The translations under genes and the position numbers were made by a program. A model generated the notes under the pieces. The model had not been told where the DNA came from. It ran no database searches and was given only the letters and a program-made list of their open reading frames with translations. This document shows, in pieces, positions 10,343 to 19,370 of a stretch of DNA of 62,617 nt (its first letter is position 1; every line of letters begins with the position of its first letter). The stretch comes from Staphylococcus epidermidis (GTDB lineage Bacteria > Bacillota_I > Bacilli_A > RFN20 > CAG-826). Location of the stretch: the NCBI GenBank assembly GCA_945879785.1, contig CAMCVC010000001.1, forward strand, positions 1-62,617, in the 5' to 3' direction.

Positions 10343-10861
10343 TTAGTAAGAGAGAACATAGTCAACCGCATACTTGTGATCTTTTAATTTTTGTTCGCCA
10401 GGTAAATACGTTAAGTTCATTAAGAAGGTGAATTGAATCACTTTTCCACCTAGTCTTTCAATGAGTTTGGCAATCCCAATCGAGGTGCCACCCGTAGCAA
10501 GAACATCATCAAGAACAAGAACTTTTTGTCCTTTTTTAATCGCGTCTTCATGCATGAATAAACTTGTTTGACCGTATTCTAAAGTAAATTTTTCTTCAAT
10601 CGCTTTCCGGGGAAGTTTGCCAGGTTTTCTCACTAGCACAAATGGAATTTTTAATTGACTGGCGACGGCACCGCCAAAGATAAATCCACGCGCCTCAGGA
10701 GAGACAATCACATCAGGTTTGTGCTTTTTCACAAGGTTAGCAAGGTCTTGAATAGATTGGTGAAAGGCTTCACCGTTGTTCAATAACGTGGTGACATCCT
10801 TAAAGGAAACACCTTTGATGGGAAAATCTTGTACCGAGGTGATGTATTTTTTTAAGTCCAT
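10343..10861 (-). CDS. apt: Adenine phosphoribosyltransferase
   Basis: PRPP motif VLVLDDVLATGGT and FPIKGVSFKDVT. I chose the ATG at 10861 (MDLKKY), which has AAGGAGA 7 nt upstream, over the longer track ORF. Confidence 0.9.
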   Translation of the reverse strand: MDLKKYITSVQDFPIKGVSFKDVTTLLNNGEAFHQSIQDLANLVKKHKPDVIVSPEARGFIFGGAVASQLKIPFVLVRKPGKLPRKAIEEKFTLEYGQTSLFMHEDAIKKGQKVLVLDDVLATGGTSIGIAKLIERLGGKVIQFTFLMNLTYLPGEQKLKDHKYAVDYVLSY

Positions 10862-10863
10862 GA

Positions 10864-11451
10864 TTATTCTCCTTTTCGCCAAGGATAATCCTTGGGATTC
10901 ATTTTGATCATGCTTGGTTTGAGGATGCCGACGTAAGGAACATTGCGATATTTTTCATCGAAGTCTAAGCCATAACCGACCACGAAGAGTTTGGGAATGG
11001 ATTTGCCGATATAGTCAGGAACAAACTTCACTTTTCTTCCTTCTGGTTTATCAAGGAAGGTTACCACTTTAACCGACTTTGCGCCTTCACTCACTGCTTT
11101 CTGTTTGATCTTTTGAATGGTGAGACCAGAATCAACAATATCTTCAATGATGATCACGTCTTTATTTTTTAGACTTAGACGAGGCCAGAGATAGATTTCG
11201 ACCCAGTTCGAGGTGACCACCCCACCGTGGTAACTGCTACTGGCCACAAATTCATAGTCGCAATAAAACTGGAAGTGTTTGGATAAGTCTGTTAAGAAGG
11301 GAACCACCCCTTTGAGCACTGCGAGAATCAGAGGGGTTTTACCCAAGTAATCTTTACTAATTTGATTGCCTAGTTTTTGACAGATGTCTTGAATGTCTTT
11401 TTCCGACACCAACACACTTTCAAAGTCTGGATGGATGAGGGTTGATTTCAT
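10864..11451 (-). CDS. hpt: Hypoxanthine-guanine phosphoribosyltransferase
   Basis: VIIIEDIVDSGLT PRPP motif, KFVPDYIG and VGYGLDF. I chose the ATG at 11451 (MKSTLIHPDF), which has AGGAGA upstream. The 52-aa extension in the track ORF looks non-coding. Confidence 0.9.
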   Translation of the reverse strand: MKSTLIHPDFESVLVSEKDIQDICQKLGNQISKDYLGKTPLILAVLKGVVPFLTDLSKHFQFYCDYEFVASSSYHGGVVTSNWVEIYLWPRLSLKNKDVIIIEDIVDSGLTIQKIKQKAVSEGAKSVKVVTFLDKPEGRKVKFVPDYIGKSIPKLFVVGYGLDFDEKYRNVPYVGILKPSMIKMNPKDYPWRKGE

Positions 11452-11505
11452 ACCTTTTCTCCTAGGTTGACCACTTGCTTCAAATTGACAAGCATCAACG
11501 TTAAA

Positions 11506-11533
11506 ATTATATGCTAATTCTAAGAAAAGTAAA
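11506..11533 (-). promoter_or_regulatory. Candidate sigma-A promoter for hpt-apt (TTTACT-16-TATAAT)
   Basis: On the minus strand, a perfect TATAAT (plus 11506-11511) lies 16 nt after TTTACT, about 55 nt upstream of the hpt ATG. Confidence 0.35.
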
Positions 11534-11681
11534 AAGGAATCATGATAGACTTTGAGTAGATGCAACTGGTGGTTGTTTAAAAGACAACCAACAAGCGAAT
11601 AAAACAAGAAATATCAACCATCTATCGTTAGTTAATCAGTTTATTTCATACGATAATGTAAGTAGAAAAGAGGAAGATAAC

Positions 11682-12173
11682 ATGAAAGAATCGTTTGGAA
11701 AAAGACTAACAGAGCTCCGTAAAAAGAAGGGTTGGACGCAAGAAGCGTTAGCGAAGAAATTAAATGTTTCTGCCCAAGCGGTTAGCAAGTGGGAGAAAGA
11801 CGTATCGCTTCCGGATGTTGGACTGCTAGCTTCCATCGCCAGTACTTTTGAAACGTCTATTGATTTTTTATTAGGTCATCAATCCGAAGCGGTGGTAGGC
11901 ATGACCACCACCGCCCAAAAGAAAGATCTCAATCGCTTGGTGTTTAAGATTAAAGTTCTCTCTGCAGATGGGGATAAGGTGAACGTGAATTTACCCTGGC
12001 CATTGGTGAAGGTCGCCCTCGACATGGGTGTCACCCCTAAGATCGATGGAAAAGATGTCCTTAAAGATATCGACATTAACAAAGTCATGGCCTTGGTTGA
12101 GCAAGGGGTGATTGGAAAGATTGTTGAGATTGAAAGTAAAGACGGTGACTTTGTTGAAATCGTTGTGGAGTAA
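11682..12173 (+). CDS. XRE-family HTH transcriptional regulator with an uncharacterised C-terminal domain
   Basis: 163 aa. N-terminal LRKKKGWTQEALAKKLNVSAQAVSKWE is a Cro/C1-type HTH. SD is AGAGGAAG. Confidence 0.8.
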   Translation: MKESFGKRLTELRKKKGWTQEALAKKLNVSAQAVSKWEKDVSLPDVGLLASIASTFETSIDFLLGHQSEAVVGMTTTAQKKDLNRLVFKIKVLSADGDKVNVNLPWPLVKVALDMGVTPKIDGKDVLKDIDINKVMALVEQGVIGKIVEIESKDGDFVEIVVE

Positions 12174-12175
12174 CC

Positions 12176-12409
12176 ATGCGTATCTTGATTAAAGAACAAA
12201 ACAAAACGAAAGTTTCCCTTTGGTTACCTTCAGGGCCTTTGGTGTTAAAAACATTTCTAAAATATTTTACCTATGAAGGAAAGAAAGTCTCTGTTCAACA
12301 AAGAAAGATAATTCTTGATCAACTTAAAGTCTTACGAAAACTTCACCGCCCGTTGGTGTTGATTGATATCGAACAAAAAAATGGCGACCGCGTCTATATC
12401 AAGATTTAA
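12176..12409 (+). CDS. Small hypothetical protein, paralogous to the C-terminal domain of the upstream HTH protein
   Basis: 77-aa ORF starting 3 nt after the upstream stop. KVSLWLPSGPLVLKTFL and LIDIEQKNGDRVYIKI parallel KVNVNLPWPLVKVAL and IVEIESKDGDFVEIVVE. Confidence 0.55.
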   Translation: MRILIKEQNKTKVSLWLPSGPLVLKTFLKYFTYEGKKVSVQQRKIILDQLKVLRKLHRPLVLIDIEQKNGDRVYIKI

Positions 12410-12420
12410 AACTCAATCGA

Positions 12421-13002
12421 TTAATAAATAAATGGAATAAAGCGATAACGTTGTTTTAACCATTGTGCGTATTGTGGGTGAATCTTCGTGAGTGCGAGTT
12501 CTTCAACTTTCATTCGCCAAGAAAAACCAATCAAGAGAAGTGGTAATCCAATCACCAGGGCAAGCCAATTACCTACAAAAATGGGAAAGGCTAGAGTGAT
12601 TAAGAACAACCCTAAATATAAAGGGTGTCTTAGGTATTGATAAGGTCCAGTGGATACCAAATTCATCGACATAGACACCGCGACATGACGAGTAAAGTTT
12701 TCTCCTAAGGCTTTGGAACCACGATAACGTAGCCATAAACCAATCAGGTAAAAACCCAAGGCAAGGATTTGAAAGAATGGATAGATGTCACTGCCATTCA
12801 TCTTACCCAAGTTGTTAGCAGACAATTGAATCGTGCTGACAATCACAAAAGCAATGGCGACAATCAAAAACCAAAACGATTTCTTTTCTAGAAAACGACC
12901 AAGTCTTTTTTTATTTCGAAAAAAGAAAAACTCTAAAATCCATAATAGATTAGCAAGATAGAAGAGGACGTTGAATAAACTCAAGACCCTTAAATGTTCC
13001 AT
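12421..13002 (-). CDS. Isoprenylcysteine carboxyl methyltransferase (ICMT/PEMT) family membrane protein
   Basis: 193 aa with 4-5 TM helices. GPYQYLRHPLYLGLFL matches the RHPxYxG motif of this family. Confidence 0.7.
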   Translation of the reverse strand: MEHLRVLSLFNVLFYLANLLWILEFFFFRNKKRLGRFLEKKSFWFLIVAIAFVIVSTIQLSANNLGKMNGSDIYPFFQILALGFYLIGLWLRYRGSKALGENFTRHVAVSMSMNLVSTGPYQYLRHPLYLGLFLITLAFPIFVGNWLALVIGLPLLLIGFSWRMKVEELALTKIHPQYAQWLKQRYRFIPFIY

Positions 13003-13005
13003 ACA

Positions 13006-14337
13006 TTAAAACCGAACACTGATGGTTAACTCACTCATCCCAGTGGCTTCTTCGTTGACCCGAATCGTGAAAGGAACTTGACCACGACTAGCTTGATTCC
13101 AAGCATATCCACTATTGTTGGTAGAACCAAAGATGGCACCTGGTCGGAACACATCACTACCCCACATCCACCCTTGAGGATCGCGATCATAGAGTGAATT
13201 GTTGCCATCTGCTTCAATAAAGCGAATGAGTTTGAAGTCACTGTCGGTGTTGTTATTTAAAAAATAGGTTGGGTAATTGGCACTCGAATTTGGTCCCAAC
13301 CTTGCATCGACATGATATAGAATCAGTCCTGATTGGCCATCAAAAAAGAAATCATCAAAACCTTGATACAGGCCGGTGGGTGTGTAATACATGGCGATGA
13401 TGTATTCATCAAACAAACTTCCATTCCAATCATCGGTGATGATGTAAGCATCTCCAGAGGTACTGAACGGATTGAGTGTTAAATCCATGCTTTCAGTGAC
13501 AATCTTTGGTTGAATCCATCCTAATAATAATTTAGAAAAAGGATTGTGGTCGCCAACGGTGCTATCCATCATGTCAGCACCACCTAGACCCCATTCATTA
13601 TACGACCCATCATCCGATGCGTAATCATAATAATCTTCTAAACCAAGCTTATGACCGGTTTCATGAATGATCGTGCTTGCATCGATTTGGTTATTCACCA
13701 TCATCAGCTCATAAGGCATCCACACATACGAGCTAACCGCGACATCATCAAAACGTTGATCTCCAAAGTATTCATATAAATATGCCCACCAAAAACTATT
13801 CCAACCTTCCGCAGGGTGGTTATAAATCATATAAAGGCCATCCAGGGTTCCGTCGTTATTGAAATCAAAATCAGAAAAATCGATCGTGTCATTGTAGGCA
13901 TTCATCAATTCATCGATGATCACGGTGTTCGCGTCACCACCGTCATCATTTAAGTTTGAATAATATAAAGATGTAAATTGAGTTTGATAAGGGGCAACCA
14001 CCACCCCTTCAAGGTCGAGCAACCCATAAGAAGAAGTTTGATAATAGGCATTCACGGATTGAAAAGGATCGGTTGTTTCTGCATTAAAAGCTTGATGAAT
14101 GTTGCTGACAACTTGCGTTGGATTGTTAAAAGGAAGATCTGGAAAATCAATAGGAACGACCAAGACCTTTGGATTTCCCGTTGCAGGAATCGACCAAAAA
14201 TTACCGACATCATGACCAAGAGGCAACGAGGTTGGTTGAAGAGGTTGTCCTCCACTGATGGAAGGATAAGGTAATGAAAAGGTACATGCGGTTAGCATGC
14301 CAAGCAAACCTGAAGATAAGATGAACTTTTTATTCAT
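13006..14337 (-). CDS. Lipoprotein zinc metalloprotease, M6 (immune inhibitor A)-like
   Basis: Lipobox LGMLTAC. HExxH in IIHETGHKLGLEDYYD resembles InhA HEFGHDLGLPDEY. I preferred the ATG at 14337 over the GTG at 14343. Confidence 0.6.
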   Translation of the reverse strand: MNKKFILSSGLLGMLTACTFSLPYPSISGGQPLQPTSLPLGHDVGNFWSIPATGNPKVLVVPIDFPDLPFNNPTQVVSNIHQAFNAETTDPFQSVNAYYQTSSYGLLDLEGVVVAPYQTQFTSLYYSNLNDDGGDANTVIIDELMNAYNDTIDFSDFDFNNDGTLDGLYMIYNHPAEGWNSFWWAYLYEYFGDQRFDDVAVSSYVWMPYELMMVNNQIDASTIIHETGHKLGLEDYYDYASDDGSYNEWGLGGADMMDSTVGDHNPFSKLLLGWIQPKIVTESMDLTLNPFSTSGDAYIITDDWNGSLFDEYIIAMYYTPTGLYQGFDDFFFDGQSGLILYHVDARLGPNSSANYPTYFLNNNTDSDFKLIRFIEADGNNSLYDRDPQGWMWGSDVFRPGAIFGSTNNSGYAWNQASRGQVPFTIRVNEEATGMSELTISVRF

Positions 14338-14342
14338 AATCA

Positions 14343-14831
14343 CTAAGAGTGAGCAAACCGACTTGCGGCGGCTGCAGCGATGGCAGCAACCATGTCATCA
14401 AGGAAAGTATGACAATGTTTGCCGTCTTTACCTTCTTCATTGAGACGAGCGACCACACCATATTTTTGCTTATCAATAAAGCCAAAGTTGGTTAAAGCAA
14501 TCGATCCATATAAATTACAAATGCTATAGGCAAGCACTTCATCAGTTCCAAATAATCCTTCATCACGACGAACAATCGCTTCTAAATCTTTATTCTGATA
14601 AAGTTTTTTTTCTGCTAAAATATCAAGTTCAATCGCTGTCATTAACGCAAACTGAACTTCTCGTTTATCGAGGACGGATAAAACCGATTCTAACAGGACT
14701 TTTTTATCAAGATTGGCGTGATAATCTTTTTGCAGGTAATAAACACAATCCACCACTTCATCTAAAGAGACACCTCGTTTGGTTAACAAGGCAATCGCTT
14801 CATTTCTCAGAGATTTTAATTTTTCTTTCAT
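14343..14831 (-). CDS. Phosphatidylglycerophosphatase A family protein (YutG-like)
   Basis: 162 aa. REVQFALMTAIELDILAEK, DEVLAYSICNLYGSIALTNFGFIDK and HTFLDDMVAAIAAAAASRFAH resemble my recollection of B. subtilis YutG/PgpA. Confidence 0.6.
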   Translation of the reverse strand: MKEKLKSLRNEAIALLTKRGVSLDEVVDCVYYLQKDYHANLDKKVLLESVLSVLDKREVQFALMTAIELDILAEKKLYQNKDLEAIVRRDEGLFGTDEVLAYSICNLYGSIALTNFGFIDKQKYGVVARLNEEGKDGKHCHTFLDDMVAAIAAAAASRFAHS

Positions 14832-14863
14832 GGCTTCATCATAACAAAGTTTGATTGGATTCG

Positions 14864-16264
14864 TTAATTAGACGATGCGTGAATGTGTTGATTTAAGTGC
14901 TTTGATTTGATTTGCCAACGTTTTGATTTCCAACGAATAAATAGATTAATGCCTCTGACCACTTCATCGAGGGCGAGCGCAATCCAAATGCCTAGTAATC
15001 CTAATTCCAACCAATCGCCGAGAAGATAGGCTAACGGTAAGATAAAGATCCATTCCACGATGATGATGGAGATAAGGGGATACCGAGCATCTCCACAAGC
15101 CTTGATCGCCCGGTTGACCACGACATTCATCACCCGTCCAAACTCTAAAAAGATATCCGCAATCGCCACACTCACCAACAAGGTTAAAACCACAGGGTCA
15201 TCGGTAAAGAGTCGGCCAATCACCCCCATGAGCAAGGCAAGGGTGAGGGAAGGAACAATCGTTGCCACATAAGAAATCTTCAAGGCATACTTGATGGTGC
15301 TTTCTGCTTCAGCAAATTCTCCACCACCCACTAATTGACCAACCTTAATCGCACTTGCGTTGGCAAAGGCTGCCATGACGAAATACGTGAACATCGCCAA
15401 GGAATCAAAATAAGCTTTTGCAACAATCGCTTCTGTGCCATAGCCGGCAATGATGCGGGTAATTAAAATCATGAAAAATGTGTAACTGATGTTTTCAAAC
15501 ACCGCTGGTGCACCAACTTTGAATAACAGTTTGGTGGTCTTGGAACGAAAGATGCTTTCTTTGGGCAACTGAAAGCGTAGATTTAATTTCTTTTTAATAA
15601 AATAAGCGAGTCCAGTAAAGTAGACGAGTCTACCAATGCCAATGGCAATGGCTGCTCCGACAACCCCTAGGTTTGGAATCCCTAACCAAGGGACACCAAA
15701 GATCAATGCGTAAGAAAATACAAGAATGCTTGTGTCACAGAAGATTAAGGCAATCAACGCTTCCACGGTTTTTCCGTGAGCGTAGAGTGTTTGGTTAAAG
15801 ACTAAAAATAAGGCGTTGAGAATAAATAAAGGAGCGAGAATTAATCCATATTGTTCTGCAAACGCTTGAACCGATGCTTCAAGTTGATAAAAAGAAAAAA
15901 TAGGTTGATAAAAAAGAACAAACACAGCAGTGCCAATGATCGCAAATAAGATTGAAAAAGCCAATGAGGTTGAAAAAATATCTTGGCGACGATGAGGGGA
16001 TTTCGCGCCAACCGACTGGGCTAGTAATATCCCAGCACCCATGGAGATGATGGAGAAGAACAAGAACACGGTGTTATTGATTTGTCCAGCGATCGACACC
16101 GCGGCAGCCACCGAGTCGTCATACGCGGATAACATCCACACCACGAGGTTAGAGACAACAATGACAAAAGTGACCTCTAAAATCAGAGGAAGTGATAATT
16201 TTAAGAAACTTGTGGATTGGATACGATTTAAATTTGGAACCACGTTGTGATACCCAAGTAGCAT
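14864..16264 (-). CDS. MATE family efflux transporter
   Basis: 466 aa with 12 predicted TM helices. Twofold repeat architecture and a KRWQ-type C-terminal tail are typical of MATE/NorM. Confidence 0.75.
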   Translation of the reverse strand: MLLGYHNVVPNLNRIQSTSFLKLSLPLILEVTFVIVVSNLVVWMLSAYDDSVAAAVSIAGQINNTVFLFFSIISMGAGILLAQSVGAKSPHRRQDIFSTSLAFSILFAIIGTAVFVLFYQPIFSFYQLEASVQAFAEQYGLILAPLFILNALFLVFNQTLYAHGKTVEALIALIFCDTSILVFSYALIFGVPWLGIPNLGVVGAAIAIGIGRLVYFTGLAYFIKKKLNLRFQLPKESIFRSKTTKLLFKVGAPAVFENISYTFFMILITRIIAGYGTEAIVAKAYFDSLAMFTYFVMAAFANASAIKVGQLVGGGEFAEAESTIKYALKISYVATIVPSLTLALLMGVIGRLFTDDPVVLTLLVSVAIADIFLEFGRVMNVVVNRAIKACGDARYPLISIIIVEWIFILPLAYLLGDWLELGLLGIWIALALDEVVRGINLFIRWKSKRWQIKSKHLNQHIHASSN

Positions 16265-16312
16265 TGTAAAGGATTTGGATTATTTTGTGACGGAAGGATG
16301 ATGGGTTAAGAC

Positions 16313-17446
16313 TTAGAATAAATTCGGATCTTCAACATCAAGGTCAATTAACTCATATTCTTCTTTGTTAATCGGGGCAATGAAGATAATCGATTCAGTG
16401 AAAACTTCCATTTGAGCATTGATATCTAAATCGTAATTGTACGTCCATTCCAGAGTGTATGGATCACCTTCGATGTATCCATAGTCATCAGCCTCAGGAT
16501 TTTCTGGATCATAAACAGGCATTCTTAATTCAAAACGATATTGATTATCCACATCGATATTAATCGATAAGGCTTCGATAAGATTGGTCACAAGGTTCAC
16601 ACTAAAGGATAGTTGAAATTCATTGAGGGTAACCGCGGCTAAACTATCGTCTATCCATTGATCAAGTCGTAGGCTTTCTTCTTCATTTAAATCATCTCTG
16701 GTGATGGTTCCAAGATACATTTGTTCAAAAATAACCGGTAAATCTTCTTCGGTGATTTCATAACCAATCGAAAGGGTTGAACCTGTTAACGTTTTATTGA
16801 GTAAGTTGAGTGAGTCTACCATCGGTAAAGACGTTTCCACCCAACGATCAATATTTTCTTCAGTCAATTGAGGAATAAAATTACCCGTGAAGCCTTCTAA
16901 CTCAAAAGGTGTTTTGAATTGAGTTGGGAATTCACGGTTGGCAGAGGGAAATAATAATCGGGCAATGGTTGTCGCGTCTTCTGATAAATTGACATAGGCT
17001 AAACCTTCTTCGATGTATAAGTTTGCGGTTTGATTTTCTACCACGGTTTCATCCGTAAAACTAAAACTTCCATCATCGGAACCGATAGAAGATAATAATG
17101 CAAATCTGTCAAAATTGATGTTTAATTCGGCATTCCCATTTCCAGTTTCTGGTGTGTTCATGGCCAGTTCTGCGTTGGCAGCGATTTGAAAAGTATTGGA
17201 AGTTTGATAGTTAGGTAAAATAACTTCTGAGAAAATTTCCGCGTTGATGTTTAGATTGGTTCTCATCGCGTTACCAGGGTTTGACAACATGGTTGCTAAC
17301 GAACGTAACATTGTTCGATTTGGTTGATTAAATGACTCCTCGATGGTCAGCGCAGAAGAGGTTGGATTTGAGGAAAGCGAGAAACCACCACAAGCGGTTA
17401 AAGCCACGGTGGTGAATAAAGTGCCAAACAGATTTCTTGTTTTCAT
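16313..17446 (-). CDS. Acidic lipoprotein of unknown function
   Basis: Start chosen at MKTRNLFGTLFTTVALTACGG (signal peptide plus lipobox). 377 aa, rich in Asp/Glu/Asn, with no recognised motif. Confidence 0.6.
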   Translation of the reverse strand: MKTRNLFGTLFTTVALTACGGFSLSSNPTSSALTIEESFNQPNRTMLRSLATMLSNPGNAMRTNLNINAEIFSEVILPNYQTSNTFQIAANAELAMNTPETGNGNAELNINFDRFALLSSIGSDDGSFSFTDETVVENQTANLYIEEGLAYVNLSEDATTIARLLFPSANREFPTQFKTPFELEGFTGNFIPQLTEENIDRWVETSLPMVDSLNLLNKTLTGSTLSIGYEITEEDLPVIFEQMYLGTITRDDLNEEESLRLDQWIDDSLAAVTLNEFQLSFSVNLVTNLIEALSINIDVDNQYRFELRMPVYDPENPEADDYGYIEGDPYTLEWTYNYDLDINAQMEVFTESIIFIAPINKEEYELIDLDVEDPNLF

Positions 17447-17532
17447 AAGTGTTTTTACCTTAAAACTACAATAGCATAACATTTAAAATTTAATCCTTAG
17501 ATGCTTGAATCGAATGAGGTAAAATAGAAGAG

Positions 17533-18450
17533 ATGAAAAAACAAGGTTTTGGTGTGTCGCATGCAAAAATCATCTTGATTGGTGAACATGCAGTTGTCTA
17601 CGGCTATCCCGGCATTGCCTTACCCTTTTTACCCTTAGAAACAAAAGTTAACGTCACGCTCAACGATGAAGACTTTTTATCTTCAAGTTTGTTTCAAGGT
17701 TCCATGGCAAACATGCCTCAAGAACTTTTATTCATTAAGTTTATGGTGGACGAACTTCGTCCTTCATTAGGTTATGGTCCTGTCATGGTTGAGATCGAAA
17801 ACCATATTCCTAATTCTGCTGGGATGGGGAGTAGTGCTGCAATCAGTGGTGCCCTTGTCCAAGCGTTGTATGATCTTTCAGAAACGTCATTAACCCCAAC
17901 CCTTCGGTTTGAAAAAACCCAACTCGCAGAAAAGCTTGTTCATGGATCTGCCAGCGGCATCGATGCCTTGACCACCACGAGTGACCACGCTTGGTATTTC
18001 ATCAAAGGAAAAGATCCAGAAAAGTTAACCATCCAATTACCTGGTTATTTGGTCGTTGCCAACACGGGTGTCAAAGGTAGCACCAAAGAAGCCGTGGCAA
18101 AAGTGGCAAAATTATTTACTCAAAATCTTGCCCAAGGACATTTAGAGTCTTTAGGGTTGATGGCCATCTTGTTTAAAGAAGCCGTTGAAAAATCTAGCCT
18201 TGAAGAAATTGCAAAATACATGAACCAAACTCACTTCCATTTACAAGAGTTAGGGGTGTCACATCCTCAATTAGATGCAATGGTAGAAGAGGCTCTTCAC
18301 CTCGGGGCATTAGGGGCAAAATTAACGGGTGGTGGCCTTGGTGGTTCAATGATTGCTTTGGTTGATTCGAAGTTTATCGCAGAAAAAATAATTAAACATT
18401 TTAAGAAAAAACATACCCAAGAAGTTTGGATGATGGATTTACAATCATGA
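17533..18450 (+). CDS. mvk: Mevalonate kinase
   Basis: 305 aa. GHMP kinase motifs KIILIGEHAVVYG and PNSAGMGSSAA, plus C-terminal KLTGGGLGGSMIAL. Confidence 0.85.
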   Translation: MKKQGFGVSHAKIILIGEHAVVYGYPGIALPFLPLETKVNVTLNDEDFLSSSLFQGSMANMPQELLFIKFMVDELRPSLGYGPVMVEIENHIPNSAGMGSSAAISGALVQALYDLSETSLTPTLRFEKTQLAEKLVHGSASGIDALTTTSDHAWYFIKGKDPEKLTIQLPGYLVVANTGVKGSTKEAVAKVAKLFTQNLAQGHLESLGLMAILFKEAVEKSSLEEIAKYMNQTHFHLQELGVSHPQLDAMVEEALHLGALGAKLTGGGLGGSMIALVDSKFIAEKIIKHFKKKHTQEVWMMDLQS

Positions 18451-19370
18451 AAAAAATCATTGCCCGTGCACCGGTCAATATTGCCTTAATTAAATATTGG
18501 GGTAAAGCCAATGCTGAACTTGTGTTACCCACCACAACATCCTTATCGTTGACCTTATCCGATCTTTATACAGAAACAACGTTTGAAGAAGGTCCGTTTC
18601 AATTTTTCATCAATGGTAAACCTGGTGATGCCTCTGAAGTATCTCGAGTTAAAGATGTGTTGAAACATTTTCGCGATACCCAAGTGATCATCCGAACTCA
18701 CAATAACTTTCCAACGGCGTCTGGTTTGGCTTCATCCGCATCTGGGTTTGCAGCCTTAACGGTTGGCTTGAATGCATTTTTTCAAGCAGGATACACCTTA
18801 CAAGAATTAGCAACGTTAACTCGATTGGGATCAGGAAGCTCCTGCCGAAGTTTAGTGGATGATTTTGCCATTTGGCACAAAAACGGATCAATTGAAACCT
18901 TACCTAATCCATTTAAAGATTTACGGATGATCGTCGTCCTTATCTCTGAATCTAAAAAAGCGATCTCCAGTCGTGATGCGATGAAAGTAACCATGGCAAC
19001 TGCGCCATCTTATTCGTCTTGGATCAAAGCAAGTGATCTAGATTTTCAGACGATCAAGAAAGCCATCATCGATCAAGATTTGATAAGGGTTGGAGAAACC
19101 ATGGAAAAAAATAGTTCCCGACTGCATGAGGTCATGGCCGATTCCAATCCACCGATTCTTTACCAAAAACCTGAATCACTTAAAGTCTTGGCAATGGTGA
19201 GAAATCTACGACAACAAGGATTGATGGGATTTGCGACGATGGATGCAGGACCGAATGTAAAAATCTTAATTCAAGGAAAAGATCTTTCTAAGTGGGAAGA
19301 ACATTTAAAGAAAACATTATCCGTCAAATATTTAGTAACTCGAATGGGTGGCAAAGCCTATGCTCAATAA
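18447..19370 (+). CDS. mvaD: Diphosphomevalonate decarboxylase
   Basis: APVNIALIKYWGK, NNFPTASGLASSASGFAAL and GSGSSCRS. ATG at 18447 overlaps the mvk stop (ATGA). Confidence 0.9.
   Translation: MKKIIARAPVNIALIKYWGKANAELVLPTTTSLSLTLSDLYTETTFEEGPFQFFINGKPGDASEVSRVKDVLKHFRDTQVIIRTHNNFPTASGLASSASGFAALTVGLNAFFQAGYTLQELATLTRLGSGSSCRSLVDDFAIWHKNGSIETLPNPFKDLRMIVVLISESKKAISSRDAMKVTMATAPSYSSWIKASDLDFQTIKKAIIDQDLIRVGETMEKNSSRLHEVMADSNPPILYQKPESLKVLAMVRNLRQQGLMGFATMDAGPNVKILIQGKDLSKWEEHLKKTLSVKYLVTRMGGKAYAQ

Noticed and set aside
11452-11607. N-terminal 52-aa extension of the hpt ORF, and similar extensions for apt, the BMP lipoprotein, pstS, mvaD, the SDR and the MacB-like gene
   Set aside because: Internal ATGs with good SD sequences give the canonical N-termini or signal peptides. 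The extensions have no homology-like features, and several track ORFs begin at TTG or GTG.
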